Below the pieces are notes generated by a model. That model had not been told where the DNA came from. It searched no databases and worked only from the letters and a program-made list of their open reading frames with translations. DNA of 41,081 nucleotides, taken from IMG/VR virus record IMGVR_UViG_646206259_000005; one strand, written 5' to 3'. A program made the position numbers and the translations under genes. Numbering within the stretch: position 1 is the stretch's first letter; each line of letters starts with the position of its first letter. Positions 1 through 8,910 of this stretch are shown here, one piece after another. This DNA comes from a virus (lineage: Duplodnaviria > Heunggongvirae > Uroviricota > Caudoviricetes).

Positions 1-1158
1 ATGCTCACCGTTAAGCAGATTGAAGCAGCAAAGCCGAAAGAAAAACCATACCGCCTACTCGATGGTAATGGCCTGTACCTTTATGTCCCTGTATCAGGGA
101 AAAAGGTATGGCAGCTTCGCTACAAGATTGACGGTAAGGAGAAAATCCTGACCGTCGGAAAATATCCACTTATGACTTTGCAGGAGGCAAGAGATAAAGC
201 ATGGACCGCGAGGAAAGACATCTCGGTTGGCATCGATCCGGTAAAAGCGAAAAAGGCTTCGTCTAACAACAATTCCTTTAGTGCGATTTACAAGGAATGG
301 TACGAGCACAAGAAGCAAGTCTGGTCAGTAGGCTATGCAACTGAACTTGCAAAAATGTTTGATGACGACATTTTACCTATCATCGGCGGCCTTGAAATTC
401 AGGATATTGAGCCGATGCAACTGCTGGAAGTAATCCGCAGATTTGAAGATCGCGGTGCAATGGAGCGAGCCAACAAAGCCCGCAGAAGATGCGGCGAGGT
501 TTTCCGTTACGCTATTGTCACTGGTAGGGCTAAATATAACCCGGCACCTGACCTTGCTGACGCCATGAAGGGATACCGCAAGAAGAACTTCCCGTTTCTT
601 CCTGCAGACCAGATCCCTGCATTCAACAAAGCACTGGCAACATTTTCAGGAAGTATCGTATCGCTCATTGCGACCAAAGTTTTACGCTACACAGCCCTAA
701 GAACGAAAGAGCTTCGTTCCATGCTATGGAAGAACGTCGATTTTGAAAACAGGATTATCACCATCGACGCCAGTGTGATGAAGGGACGCAAAATTCATGT
801 GGTCCCGATGTCAGACCAGGTGGTTGAACTTCTCACTACGCTAAGCTCCATCACCAAACCAGTATCAGAGTTTGTTTTTGCCGGGCGCAACGATAAGAAG
901 AAGCCAATCTGCGAGAACGCGGTTCTACTTGTGATCAAACAAATCGGCTATGAGGGTCTAGAAAGCGGTCACGGATTCAGGCATGAATTCAGCACGATTA
1001 TGAACGAGCACGAATGGCCTGCTGACGCTATTGAAGTGCAACTGGCACATGCCAACGGCGGATCTGTGCGCGGTATTTACAACCATGCTCAGTATCTCGA
1101 TAAGCGCAGAGAAATGATGCAGTGGTGGGCGGATTGGCTTGATGAGAAGGTAGAGTGA
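1..1158 (+). CDS. int: Tyrosine integrase, P4/IntS family
   Basis: 385 aa; C-terminal HGFRHEF...HANGGSVRGIYNHAQY consistent with tyrosine recombinase R-H-R-Y catalytic region; same length as E. coli CPS-53 IntS as I recall. Confidence 0.9.
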   Translation: MLTVKQIEAAKPKEKPYRLLDGNGLYLYVPVSGKKVWQLRYKIDGKEKILTVGKYPLMTLQEARDKAWTARKDISVGIDPVKAKKASSNNNSFSAIYKEWYEHKKQVWSVGYATELAKMFDDDILPIIGGLEIQDIEPMQLLEVIRRFEDRGAMERANKARRRCGEVFRYAIVTGRAKYNPAPDLADAMKGYRKKNFPFLPADQIPAFNKALATFSGSIVSLIATKVLRYTALRTKELRSMLWKNVDFENRIITIDASVMKGRKIHVVPMSDQVVELLTTLSSITKPVSEFVFAGRNDKKKPICENAVLLVIKQIGYEGLESGHGFRHEFSTIMNEHEWPADAIEVQLAHANGGSVRGIYNHAQYLDKRREMMQWWADWLDEKVE

Positions 1159-1310
1159 TCCGCCTTAACAACTATCGAAGAGCACAAAGCCTTGTGTGTC
1201 TCATAGGCTATGAAACAATCATTTTACATGGTTACTTCACTACTTCCGCACAATATGATATCGTTCACAATCTAAAAACATTAATAATTTATCCATTACC
1301 GCGGTTAATG

Positions 1311-1336
1311 CCCGTCGCTTCCAACGGGCTTTTTTG
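1311..1336 (+). terminator. Rho-independent terminator downstream of int
   Basis: Hairpin CCCGT..ACGGG followed by TTTTTTG directly read in sequence. Confidence 0.5.
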
Positions 1337-1397
1337 TAAATTATATTTTTATTACCTTATATTAATATTGGTAATATGTCTGCATGATGTTTTATAT

Positions 1398-2195
1398 TTA
1401 TTGCGTGAGCTTCGCATGATAGCTGGAGCATCTCTTGTCATCACTAATTAGCTCCGCTTTATCCGTTCTTGCCCATATTATATTTCTTTTTATTATTTTT
1501 GCTGGATTACCGGCTGCTGCACACATAGATGGCACATCTTTAGTTACAATACTCCCATACCCAATGACAGATCCGCTTCCAACAGATACCCCTTTCATTA
1601 TAGAGACATTTCTCCCTACCCATACGTAACTAGATATAATGATATCTTTTGCCCAATTAATCCTTTTTTTGCTATGAATATCAAATATAGGATGCCCATC
1701 TGATGCACGCAAAATAACATCTCTTGCTATCATGCAGTCATGGCCAATTGTAACATTGCACTTATCAGTGACGACTTCAAAACCTGCACCTATTGTCGTT
1801 CTTCTACCGATAATAACTTTTGAACCTTTTGTTGCGACAATATCACCTTTAATCTTACTGTTTTTATGTATTCTTACGTAATTATTATCACCCCTAAATA
1901 TTACGGTAAGCCATCGACACTCAACATCATCTTCTATAATAAGTTTGTTATTGTTTCCATTGAACTGAACTTTATTCTCTTTGCTATTTACAAGATCTCC
2001 ACATACAAAAATATTACCTGATCCATTATCATCAACGGAAAACGAGTCTTGAGTCTTGAGTCTTGAGTCTTGAGTCTTGAGTCTTGAGTCTTGAGTCTTG
2101 AGTCTTGAGTCTTGAGTCTTGAGTCTTGAGTCTTGAGTCTTGAGTCTTGAGTCTTGAGTCTTGAGTCTTGAGTCTTGAGTCTTGAGTCTTGACAT
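1398..2195 (-). CDS. neuO: Hexapeptide-repeat O-acetyltransferase with N-terminal RLKTQDS heptad repeats (NeuO-like polysialic acid O-acetyltransferase)
   Basis: Translation MS(RLKTQDS)x7 then left-handed beta-helix acyltransferase-like body (IGxxxxIG-type repeats); AT-rich moron next to tailspike; architecture of CUS-3 neuO from established literature. Confidence 0.8.
   Translation of the reverse strand: MSRLKTQDSRLKTQDSRLKTQDSRLKTQDSRLKTQDSRLKTQDSRLKTQDSFSVDDNGSGNIFVCGDLVNSKENKVQFNGNNNKLIIEDDVECRWLTVIFRGDNNYVRIHKNSKIKGDIVATKGSKVIIGRRTTIGAGFEVVTDKCNVTIGHDCMIARDVILRASDGHPIFDIHSKKRINWAKDIIISSYVWVGRNVSIMKGVSVGSGSVIGYGSIVTKDVPSMCAAAGNPAKIIKRNIIWARTDKAELISDDKRCSSYHAKLTQ
2044..2190 (-). repeat. 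21 perfect tandem copies of heptanucleotide AAGACTC (coding strand) inside the 5' end of the O-acetyltransferase gene
   Basis: Counted directly: gagtctt x21 on + strand from 2044 to 2190, start codon complement at 2193-2195; 147 nt = 49 codons, in frame. Confidence 0.95.
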
Positions 2196-2348
2196 ATTAG
2201 TATCCTACGTTATTTTACCACTAGTTACTTTTCTTGTCATTAAAAAGCATTTAAATTTTTATATTTAATTTCGTTGACGTCAATGTTTTTTGCCAATGTA
2301 CTTACTTCTTTATGTGAGCAGTTCATATTTTTGACGCCAACGAAACAT

Positions 2349-5297
2349 TTAGTGCTTCCCTTCTATTAAGTCTAACCTAGCTTTTATTCTTTCTATTTCT
2401 CTGCGCTGCCATGCCGCCTCGATATAGAATAAGAGATCAGGTCTGACCCCCCATCTAGATCCTGCTGGCGTTATTTCAACGCGCTCAATGATGTCTTCCA
2501 TTACCATCACTGGATTATCATCCTCATCAACAATGATGCTCCCGTCATTATCAGTCAGCGGCATTTCCCTTTGGCCAGTAATGACGTCATCATATACTGC
2601 GGGATAATCGTCATAGCAAAGAAACGCATAGCGGCATGTTGTGCTTTCTTCTTCCATGAGTCCGTGAGAAATAAGAACATCACGAAGTTGCTGCGCGATT
2701 ACACCATGATGTATCCTCGCCCCTTCTTCCCCCTTTATAGCGACAGCGTTCAGCCATTTATAAGCGATATACCTGACGTCACCCCAGGCATCCAGCAATG
2801 CTTCGTCAGGAGAGACCGGCTCTGTCTTTAATGTTCCGTCACTGGTAACCACAGGATTGGAGCCAAGATAAACTGTCGAGAACCTGTTTCCCGGACCACC
2901 AAGAGCATTTACATTATCAAGATAAGGTTTAACATCTCCGTTCTCAAAAAGATGTTCGAGTGCGTTATATACCGCGCGACGTGGAGTACTGCTTCCGGAA
3001 CCATGCAACGTTATCATTGCACCATCTGCTGAAGACGTTGTTTCACCGCCGCTAACGATTAATCTCTGAGCGGTAACATCATCAGACGGTACTTTCTTCG
3101 CAATAATGGCGTAATTACCCTCAAGTTTGACTTCCGCGCGAACTTGTCCTGATGTACCTGCATGGACAGTCAGTGACTGGACGGCAACATCATCTGTGAA
3201 ATCAACGGGTACAGGAACCGTCCTCACGCCTGACGTCGACATAAAAGTAGGAAGCGTTCTGTTAGGAGTGGCTCCGTAGACAAAATCCCTTGAAACAAAT
3301 TCTTCCTGTTTAATTTTCACCCTGAAACAATACAAATCAGCCGGGTGACCATCGTGAACATAAGGATATTTTCTGTTGTTATCCCCTATGCTCCATGGGT
3401 TTAGAAAGTCTTCCCCACCGAAAATGTAGTACAGCCAGTTGTCTTTGATACAAACTGAACCAACACCAACCGCAGAGTTAACTATTCCGCCCTGATAAAT
3501 CTGATCAGTAACATTAACCCACTCTACATTATCCAGACTCCACTCATTGACGTTAACTCTGGTCATAAATGTTCTTGGATAGTTTCCTGCATAACGGTTA
3601 TCAGGTTCTCCTCCTTCCCACTCACCAAATGCGCGCTCACTGCCAAAAATAATCAGCTCATCGCCAACTTTGGCAAAAGGAAGGTTTGAGTGATGAACAT
3701 TATTTGGGAAGCGAAGAGAATTCCATGATGTACCTAAATCAGAGCTTCTGTGCAATGAACTACCGGGTTGAGTACTTAATGTCCCCCTGGTCGTCAGATA
3801 CAGAATGCCATCATAATATTTTACACATGGCTCAGATGCATTCGCCTCATATTCTGCAGGTATGCGTCTGCGAACAAAGCTACCAGGAGAACCGAAAGCA
3901 TCAGAGAAATAGAGTATCCCAAGCTCGCGTGGACCAATATCACCATTATGGTAGCCAACAGCAAAACTGTTATCGCTAATCGTCGCAAAACTGTGAATCT
4001 CAGTAACAGGAGTGCTTCCGTCAACAAAAGAAGGAATAGTTCCAAGACTGGTTTTTCTCCATGGTGACGAGTGAAATGATGTACCAAAACTCCAGTATCT
4101 ACCCTCGTTATTCTGATCCACATCCTGGGTATTTTGCGTCGTAACTGTAAAAGTATTTTTATCAATAACAGTAGTCACCGTCATATTCCCGGTAACACCT
4201 GTAACACCAGAGTTTGAGAAGTTGACAAAATCACCAGCAAATAATCCGTGATCAGTAATGCGAATATAAGCGACTTGCTGATTTGCTGCTTTCGTTATAC
4301 CACCATAAGCGCGAAGGCTGCGACTCATTGGGCGATCCCACAACTCTGCAACCTGCAGTTTATTTCCGCTCACGGTCCGCGTCTCAATTACAGCAAAAAG
4401 GCGATTTCTGACAACCCCCATACTCATGCAGTGATAGTTAACTGTGGGATAGTTTTCATGTAAATCTGTAAGCCATTCCGGCGTTGTCCAGGTCCTCCCG
4501 TCATCTCCTGAGCGAACCCATGCAACATGGAGGTTATTTACACCATGGCGGTCTCCAGCCATAAAAGGCGCATAGATGACATTGTCATATACAAACGTTT
4601 TATCCTGCGTCCAGGCGTTGTACCACGGTGTATCTGTAATTTTAAATAACTCTCCCTGGATAAAATCTTCAGAAGCATAAAAAAGAGGCTGACCCGGTAT
4701 TCTCTCAAATAAAAAACGAGCATTTTTAAATCGACTGACATCTGGAAGAGTTGATACTTTAAAAGTAAGCCCTCGCCCATCTATCTTTTCACCACCTGTT
4801 GCAACAGAAAGTAATTCTGATAGAGCTGATGTATCATCATGAACACCATCACCAATAGCCCCCCAACCTCTTACATCATAACTGTCTCTCCATCTTGCTA
4901 TCTGAAGTTTTGGGTATTTATTCGCTCCATCTGGGTCTTCTAATTGCTGCCGTAACTGATCAGGATCATACTTCAGCACATTCGGAAAATAGAACTGCTG
5001 CACACCATATGCATCATAAACAGCCATAGAATGGCCCTGTACAGTAACGAATTTGGCAATCTGTCCGTTATATACCGGATATCCAGCAGCGTTAATGATG
5101 ATTGGTTGCGAAACAGGAACGTGAGAACCGTCTTCATTCTCCACATAAACCTGAATCTGGTTTTCAGGATTTACTGGGTCAGTGTCAATTTTACCGATAT
5201 AAATCTTTCCATTAGCTACGGCTTTAAAAGAACGAGCCATAGTGAAGAGTTGCGAAGGCATGCTTACCACAACATTGGCATTTATTGAATCTGTCAT
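2349..5297 (-). CDS. Tailspike: P22 gp9-like head-binding domain + sialidase/endosialidase-type catalytic domain + C-terminal intramolecular chaperone domain
   Basis: N-terminus [12 protein letters not shown]...[22 protein letters not shown] closely matches P22 tailspike N-terminus; Asp-box motifs SGDDGRTW and SSDLGTSW; C-terminal region typical of self-cleaving chaperone domains of endosialidases. Confidence 0.85.
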   Translation of the reverse strand: MTDSINANVVVSMPSQLFTMARSFKAVANGKIYIGKIDTDPVNPENQIQVYVENEDGSHVPVSQPIIINAAGYPVYNGQIAKFVTVQGHSMAVYDAYGVQQFYFPNVLKYDPDQLRQQLEDPDGANKYPKLQIARWRDSYDVRGWGAIGDGVHDDTSALSELLSVATGGEKIDGRGLTFKVSTLPDVSRFKNARFLFERIPGQPLFYASEDFIQGELFKITDTPWYNAWTQDKTFVYDNVIYAPFMAGDRHGVNNLHVAWVRSGDDGRTWTTPEWLTDLHENYPTVNYHCMSMGVVRNRLFAVIETRTVSGNKLQVAELWDRPMSRSLRAYGGITKAANQQVAYIRITDHGLFAGDFVNFSNSGVTGVTGNMTVTTVIDKNTFTVTTQNTQDVDQNNEGRYWSFGTSFHSSPWRKTSLGTIPSFVDGSTPVTEIHSFATISDNSFAVGYHNGDIGPRELGILYFSDAFGSPGSFVRRRIPAEYEANASEPCVKYYDGILYLTTRGTLSTQPGSSLHRSSDLGTSWNSLRFPNNVHHSNLPFAKVGDELIIFGSERAFGEWEGGEPDNRYAGNYPRTFMTRVNVNEWSLDNVEWVNVTDQIYQGGIVNSAVGVGSVCIKDNWLYYIFGGEDFLNPWSIGDNNRKYPYVHDGHPADLYCFRVKIKQEEFVSRDFVYGATPNRTLPTFMSTSGVRTVPVPVDFTDDVAVQSLTVHAGTSGQVRAEVKLEGNYAIIAKKVPSDDVTAQRLIVSGGETTSSADGAMITLHGSGSSTPRRAVYNALEHLFENGDVKPYLDNVNALGGPGNRFSTVYLGSNPVVTSDGTLKTEPVSPDEALLDAWGDVRYIAYKWLNAVAIKGEEGARIHHGVIAQQLRDVLISHGLMEEESTTCRYAFLCYDDYPAVYDDVITGQREMPLTDNDGSIIVDEDDNPVMVMEDIIERVEITPAGSRWGVRPDLLFYIEAAWQRREIERIKARLDLIEGKH

Positions 5298-5355
5298 TTA
5301 ATTTGCTCCAGATACAAGGAATCACCGAAGCATGGCTACGATGAATTTTGGGCAT

Positions 5356-5379
5356 AAAAAAACCCAGCCGAAGCTGGGT
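5356..5379 (-). terminator. Rho-independent terminator between ant and tailspike
   Basis: Hairpin ACCCAGC-cgaa-GCTGGGT with 7-nt A run on + strand (U run on minus-strand transcript). Confidence 0.6.
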
Positions 5380-5397
5380 TGTCGCGTTGGTTATCTG

Positions 5398-6327
5398 TCA
5401 GTAGTTATGTACTGAAGGAGGTAATTCTTTATTCTTAAGTCTCATCCATGCGGAAAGATTCGTTGGTCCGTCTGGCTCATTGATATCAACATCTCGTGTG
5501 TGGTTTATTAAAACGTCTCTTGCCATTCCGATAACATACGAGAACTCATGGCCATAGTCGTAGCATCTGCCGGAATAGTTCGATTGAATTTGTTTTAGCG
5601 CCGGATACAGTTCGCGGAATAATGCCTGTGCGCGGTTGGCATAATCCCATAACCATACAAGGCTGTTTGCTTCTTTTGCAGAAAGCTCGTTTGCTTTCTT
5701 CTCTTGTTTGCCGATTAACTCGCCTTCAAGCGGAACGCGAGCTGCAAGTGACAGAGCTTCGGTAAACTGCTCATCGCTGATTTCTTTGTATGAACATCCA
5801 AAATGGGATTTCAGTGACGACCACATGGTGATCATCGCCTTAGCCTGTTTTTCCTTTGGCAGAGACTGACCGCGACTCATGACGAGTTGTTTAATGGCTT
5901 CCTGCTGTTCAGTGGTGATTTTACCCGGCAACGCCTTTTTAGCTTTGCGTGGGTTAACTACATGGCCTTTAGTCCAGTATTCGTAGAGCACATCGTCACA
6001 CTCTTCCTGATACTGGATTACCTTGTCGCGGATTTCAGGGCGGACTTTGTTAGGGCTAATGGTTTGCAGCCAACCTGCAAGTTTGCGAAGTGCCAAACAA
6101 ATAATCTCACGGCGCTGTTCATCACTAGGAAGCTGCATTGTGATTTTCACAATGGAGGTTTTAAACCGCTGCTTCATTTTCGTAAACTGTGAAGCCCAAT
6201 CCATACCCATGCCTTCAACGATAGGTTTCATTGGGGTATACGGTTCGCCGTTGTGATTGACAACATAAAGCTCTGCGCCGTGGAATGGTACATTGATAGT
6301 AGATACTGCTGTTGCTATACTTTTCAT
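5398..6327 (-). CDS. ant: Antirepressor Ant (immI region)
   Basis: 309 aa, position immediately downstream of arc and divergent from mnt as in P22 immI; N-terminal AntA/BRO-like character. Confidence 0.75.
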   Translation of the reverse strand: MKSIATAVSTINVPFHGAELYVVNHNGEPYTPMKPIVEGMGMDWASQFTKMKQRFKTSIVKITMQLPSDEQRREIICLALRKLAGWLQTISPNKVRPEIRDKVIQYQEECDDVLYEYWTKGHVVNPRKAKKALPGKITTEQQEAIKQLVMSRGQSLPKEKQAKAMITMWSSLKSHFGCSYKEISDEQFTEALSLAARVPLEGELIGKQEKKANELSAKEANSLVWLWDYANRAQALFRELYPALKQIQSNYSGRCYDYGHEFSYVIGMARDVLINHTRDVDINEPDGPTNLSAWMRLKNKELPPSVHNY

Positions 6328-6560
6328 GTCGTTAATTCCTATGCGTGGTTTTACGATACCGAAGCCCTGACTGTTCCCGCAGTTGGGGCTTCACTGTTTT
6401 GATTTCTTTGCCGCATCAAGCATCACTTCTGAAAACGTGCGCTTGCCACTGAATACTCTTTCTCTTCTCAATTTTTCGTTCGTGCCAAATGATTCGCCAT
6501 GAACAAAATTTGGTCTTAAAATGGTAATCGCAATCTCTTTGACTACTGCATCCAAGCGAA

Positions 6561-6713
6561 TCACACCGTTACCCCCTCTCTCTTCAGGCTGTCTATCAGG
6601 CGCTTGATAACCTCTGAGTTAAACGACCTGCACTCTTCCTTTGCCCTGCTACCGATAGCATCCTTTAACGACTGCGGCATCCTTACCAAAATCTTACTTA
6701 TTTCTTTCTCCAT
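6561..6713 (-). CDS. arc: Arc-like ribbon-helix-helix repressor (start at internal Met MEKEI with GGAGGG RBS)
   Basis: Motif RSFNSEVIKRL resembles P22 Arc RSVNSEIYQRV; sits between ant and divergent mnt. Confidence 0.7.
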   Translation of the reverse strand: MEKEISKILVRMPQSLKDAIGSRAKEECRSFNSEVIKRLIDSLKREGVTV

Positions 6714-6827
6714 GTTACCCTCCACACAAACAACTCTTTTCGAATACAAAAGATAGCAAAGTGAGTATATCTAGTCAAAATTTTTTTGCATACACTTTGA
6801 TATCAAATTGAATACCAAAGGTGTGAT
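6714..6827. promoter_or_regulatory. Divergent immI promoter/operator region between arc and mnt
   Basis: 114-bp AT-rich intergenic region between divergent RHH repressor genes; by analogy with P22 Pant/Pmnt. Confidence 0.5.
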
Positions 6828-7076
6828 ATGGCAAAGGGTGTGTCAATTTCTCCAACTACGGTAAGAATCCCTGAATCTTTACGCGAGGCTCTTGCTGTCA
6901 GAGCATCAAAAAATGGTCGCTCTGTTAACTCCGAGATCGTCATGATTTTGCAAGCCGCGATTGATGAAGATAGGTCGCCAAAGTCAGTTGAGTCATTTGC
7001 TCAGCAAGAAGCTGACAAATTCAAAGAGGCGCTGCTTGAGACGCTAAAGACCATGTATGGTAAGGATGAAAAATAA
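6828..7076 (+). CDS. mnt: Mnt-like ribbon-helix-helix repressor
   Basis: 82 aa; motif NGRSVNSEIVMILQAAI resembles P22 Mnt NGRSMNSELLQIVQDAL; divergent from arc-ant. Confidence 0.8.
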   Translation: MAKGVSISPTTVRIPESLREALAVRASKNGRSVNSEIVMILQAAIDEDRSPKSVESFAQQEADKFKEALLETLKTMYGKDEK

Positions 7077-7612
7077 TGCTGCACACAATTCATTTCTTAT
7101 GCCCCGTTAACACTGCCACTGTTGGGCAACTTCAGAACCACTGTCTCACCGCATTATCTCAAGGCGCAACTGAATTAAATATCCATATATCAAGTCAGGG
7201 AGGGGAAACTGCCGCTGGCTTTACTGCGTATAACTTTCTTAAGTCACTCCCTGTTACCGTTAGAACTCACAACATAAGCAATGTTGAATCCATAGCTAAT
7301 ATCGTTTTCCTGGCTGGCTCAGAACGTTTCGCAAACCCATTATCAAGATTCCTGTTACATCCTCTATTATGGGGCTTTGCCTCCCCAGCCGCCGACCATG
7401 CCAGATTGAGAGAGTACGGGAAATGCCTCGATAACGATCTTGATCGCTTCGTTGAGACGTTCAATATCGACATCGGAACCCATATTAGGTGGGCATCCCT
7501 GATAGCAGACTCGACCATTTTGGATGCTAACAAGGCTCTTGAGCATGGCATAATTAATTCCATAAAAACTGCAAGGCTGGCATCCAATCAGGCAAACTGG
7601 TGGGTTGTTTGA
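7076..7612 (+). CDS. ClpP-family (S14-like) serine peptidase homolog, translationally coupled to mnt
   Basis: By-eye alignment to E. coli ClpP: ISSQGGETAAG...VESIANIVFLAG...FANPLSRFLLHPL parallels INSPGGVITAG...AASMGAFLLTAG...LPNSRVMIHQPL with candidate Ser/His conserved; start ATG overlaps mnt stop (TAATG). Confidence 0.6.
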   Translation: MLHTIHFLCPVNTATVGQLQNHCLTALSQGATELNIHISSQGGETAAGFTAYNFLKSLPVTVRTHNISNVESIANIVFLAGSERFANPLSRFLLHPLLWGFASPAADHARLREYGKCLDNDLDRFVETFNIDIGTHIRWASLIADSTILDANKALEHGIINSIKTARLASNQANWWVV

Positions 7613-7637
7613 TGGGTAAATCATGATTACTCCTTAT

Positions 7638-7664
7638 AAAAAACCCACCTGACGGTGGGTTTTA
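7638..7664. terminator. Bidirectional rho-independent terminator between convergent genes
   Basis: Hairpin ACCCACC-tgac-GGTGGGT flanked by A6 upstream and T4 downstream. Confidence 0.55.
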
Positions 7665-8087
7665 TTAGTGCTTGTATAGCTTGAACTCCCTGTCGAGCCA
7701 TAAGACATAAAAAGTGGCTCCTATCTTATAACCAACCATAGGTGCCTTAGAGCAAAATCTGAACGCAATGAAATCCACATCTTGAGTAACATGCTTAGGA
7801 ATCGGAGCCTTTATCGCGTTTCTGGCAATTTTTTCCGTCCCAAGCCCGTGTTTATCAGATTTTCGTATCTCATCCCATGACATCTGACTTAACCTGAACA
7901 GCCTATCTGCAAATGCTGCCTTTTCATGCTTTTGGCAGCAATCTAGGCAATACCCCTTTTGTAGGTATCTAAGAGAAAATACAGGCGGACTTTTGTCTAC
8001 ATCATGAGATTCGTGATGGATAGAGAGGCCAACAGTAGCAGAGCTCTCTTTATCCCTCTGTTTTATTCTTCCCTTAACTCTAGACAT
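7665..8087 (-). CDS. Hypothetical 140-aa protein, downstream partner of Panacea-domain gene (candidate toxin/effector)
   Basis: ORF 5 bp downstream of the DUF4065 gene on same strand; contains CLDCC cysteine cluster; no family confidently recognised. Confidence 0.5.
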   Translation of the reverse strand: MSRVKGRIKQRDKESSATVGLSIHHESHDVDKSPPVFSLRYLQKGYCLDCCQKHEKAAFADRLFRLSQMSWDEIRKSDKHGLGTEKIARNAIKAPIPKHVTQDVDFIAFRFCSKAPMVGYKIGATFYVLWLDREFKLYKH

Positions 8088-8092
8088 ACACG

Positions 8093-8542
8093 TCAGTTAA
8101 TTAACGTTTTGAAAAAACCTTTCATAGAATCAAGTGTGATTTCTTGGCTAACCGCACCCTCAATGTAAGCATCTTTCCATGGCTGCTCTTCGTGAGTCAT
8201 ATTGCGCAGTTTCCAGGCAGAAAACTGACCATAAACTTTATACACCTCATCCAGCAATTCAATTTCATCTTCACTGAATTTTTTAGCGTCAAAGTTTTCT
8301 GGCGCAGGTAAAGCTCCGTTACCACAGTCCCTATATTTACGATACAATTCAGGAACTACTGGCCCATGCATCCAGGCTTCAATTTTCTCATTAAATAGCG
8401 GCTTACCCAGAAGAACCAGAGAAAACCCTTGGGCATAATACGTCAACTTCTGAATTTTTAGGTTAGAGATAATGTCGCCACTTTCTTCATCGCAATGCGC
8501 CAAGAAGTAGTCGGCGACATCAAAACAAGTGAGCATAAACAT
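8093..8542 (-). CDS. Panacea (DUF4065, GepA/SocA-like) domain protein
   Basis: N-terminal pattern DVADYFL...GDIISNLKIQKLTYYAQGFSLVLLGKPLFNEKIEAWMHGPVVPELYRKYRDCG matches my recollection of the DUF4065 phage-associated protein family. Confidence 0.65.
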   Translation of the reverse strand: MFMLTCFDVADYFLAHCDEESGDIISNLKIQKLTYYAQGFSLVLLGKPLFNEKIEAWMHGPVVPELYRKYRDCGNGALPAPENFDAKKFSEDEIELLDEVYKVYGQFSAWKLRNMTHEEQPWKDAYIEGAVSQEITLDSMKGFFKTLIN

Positions 8543-8910
8543 ACCTCCATCTTGATAGCCGCAGCTATGTATACAACTGTGTCAAGTTGCATTTAATACC
8601 ATAACAAAGCTGTCATCAATCCTTCAGAGGCTAACTTACAACCACTTTCTCGACACGTTTAAATCATTACGTTTCACATTTACTGCATTTTCGCCGAAGT
8701 TACCTATAAGGTAATGTCACATTTCCTGCAAGTTTCATGCAATGTTGAAAAGTGAGCTATTCACTTTTCTATGACACCAAACACCAAAAATAGCACTTTT
8801 TGCTAAATCATTCGTCCAGGTTGTGGATGGTTTGTCGTTGACACGTTTTCACACACCACTCCACCAATAAAGTATCATCTGGTATCCTGAGCAAAACTAA
8901 GGAGGTTGGT

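Noticed and set aside
94-318. Antisense ORF inside integrase (and similar shadow ORFs inside the tailspike, e.g. 2571..2831, 3686..3979, 3821..4165, 4248..4463)
   Set aside because: Lie entirely within well-supported genes on the opposite strand with no independent signals; treated as spurious
1155-1629. ORFs 1155..1451 (+) and 1435..1629 (+) in the int-acetyltransferase spacer
   Set aside because: AT-rich low-complexity translations overlapping the terminator and antisense to the acetyltransferase gene; no RBS or family resemblance
2044-2190. Possible CRISPR-like array from the perfect tandem repeats
   Set aside because: Unit is only 7 nt with no spacers and lies inside a coding sequence; it is a coding heptanucleotide tract, not CRISPR
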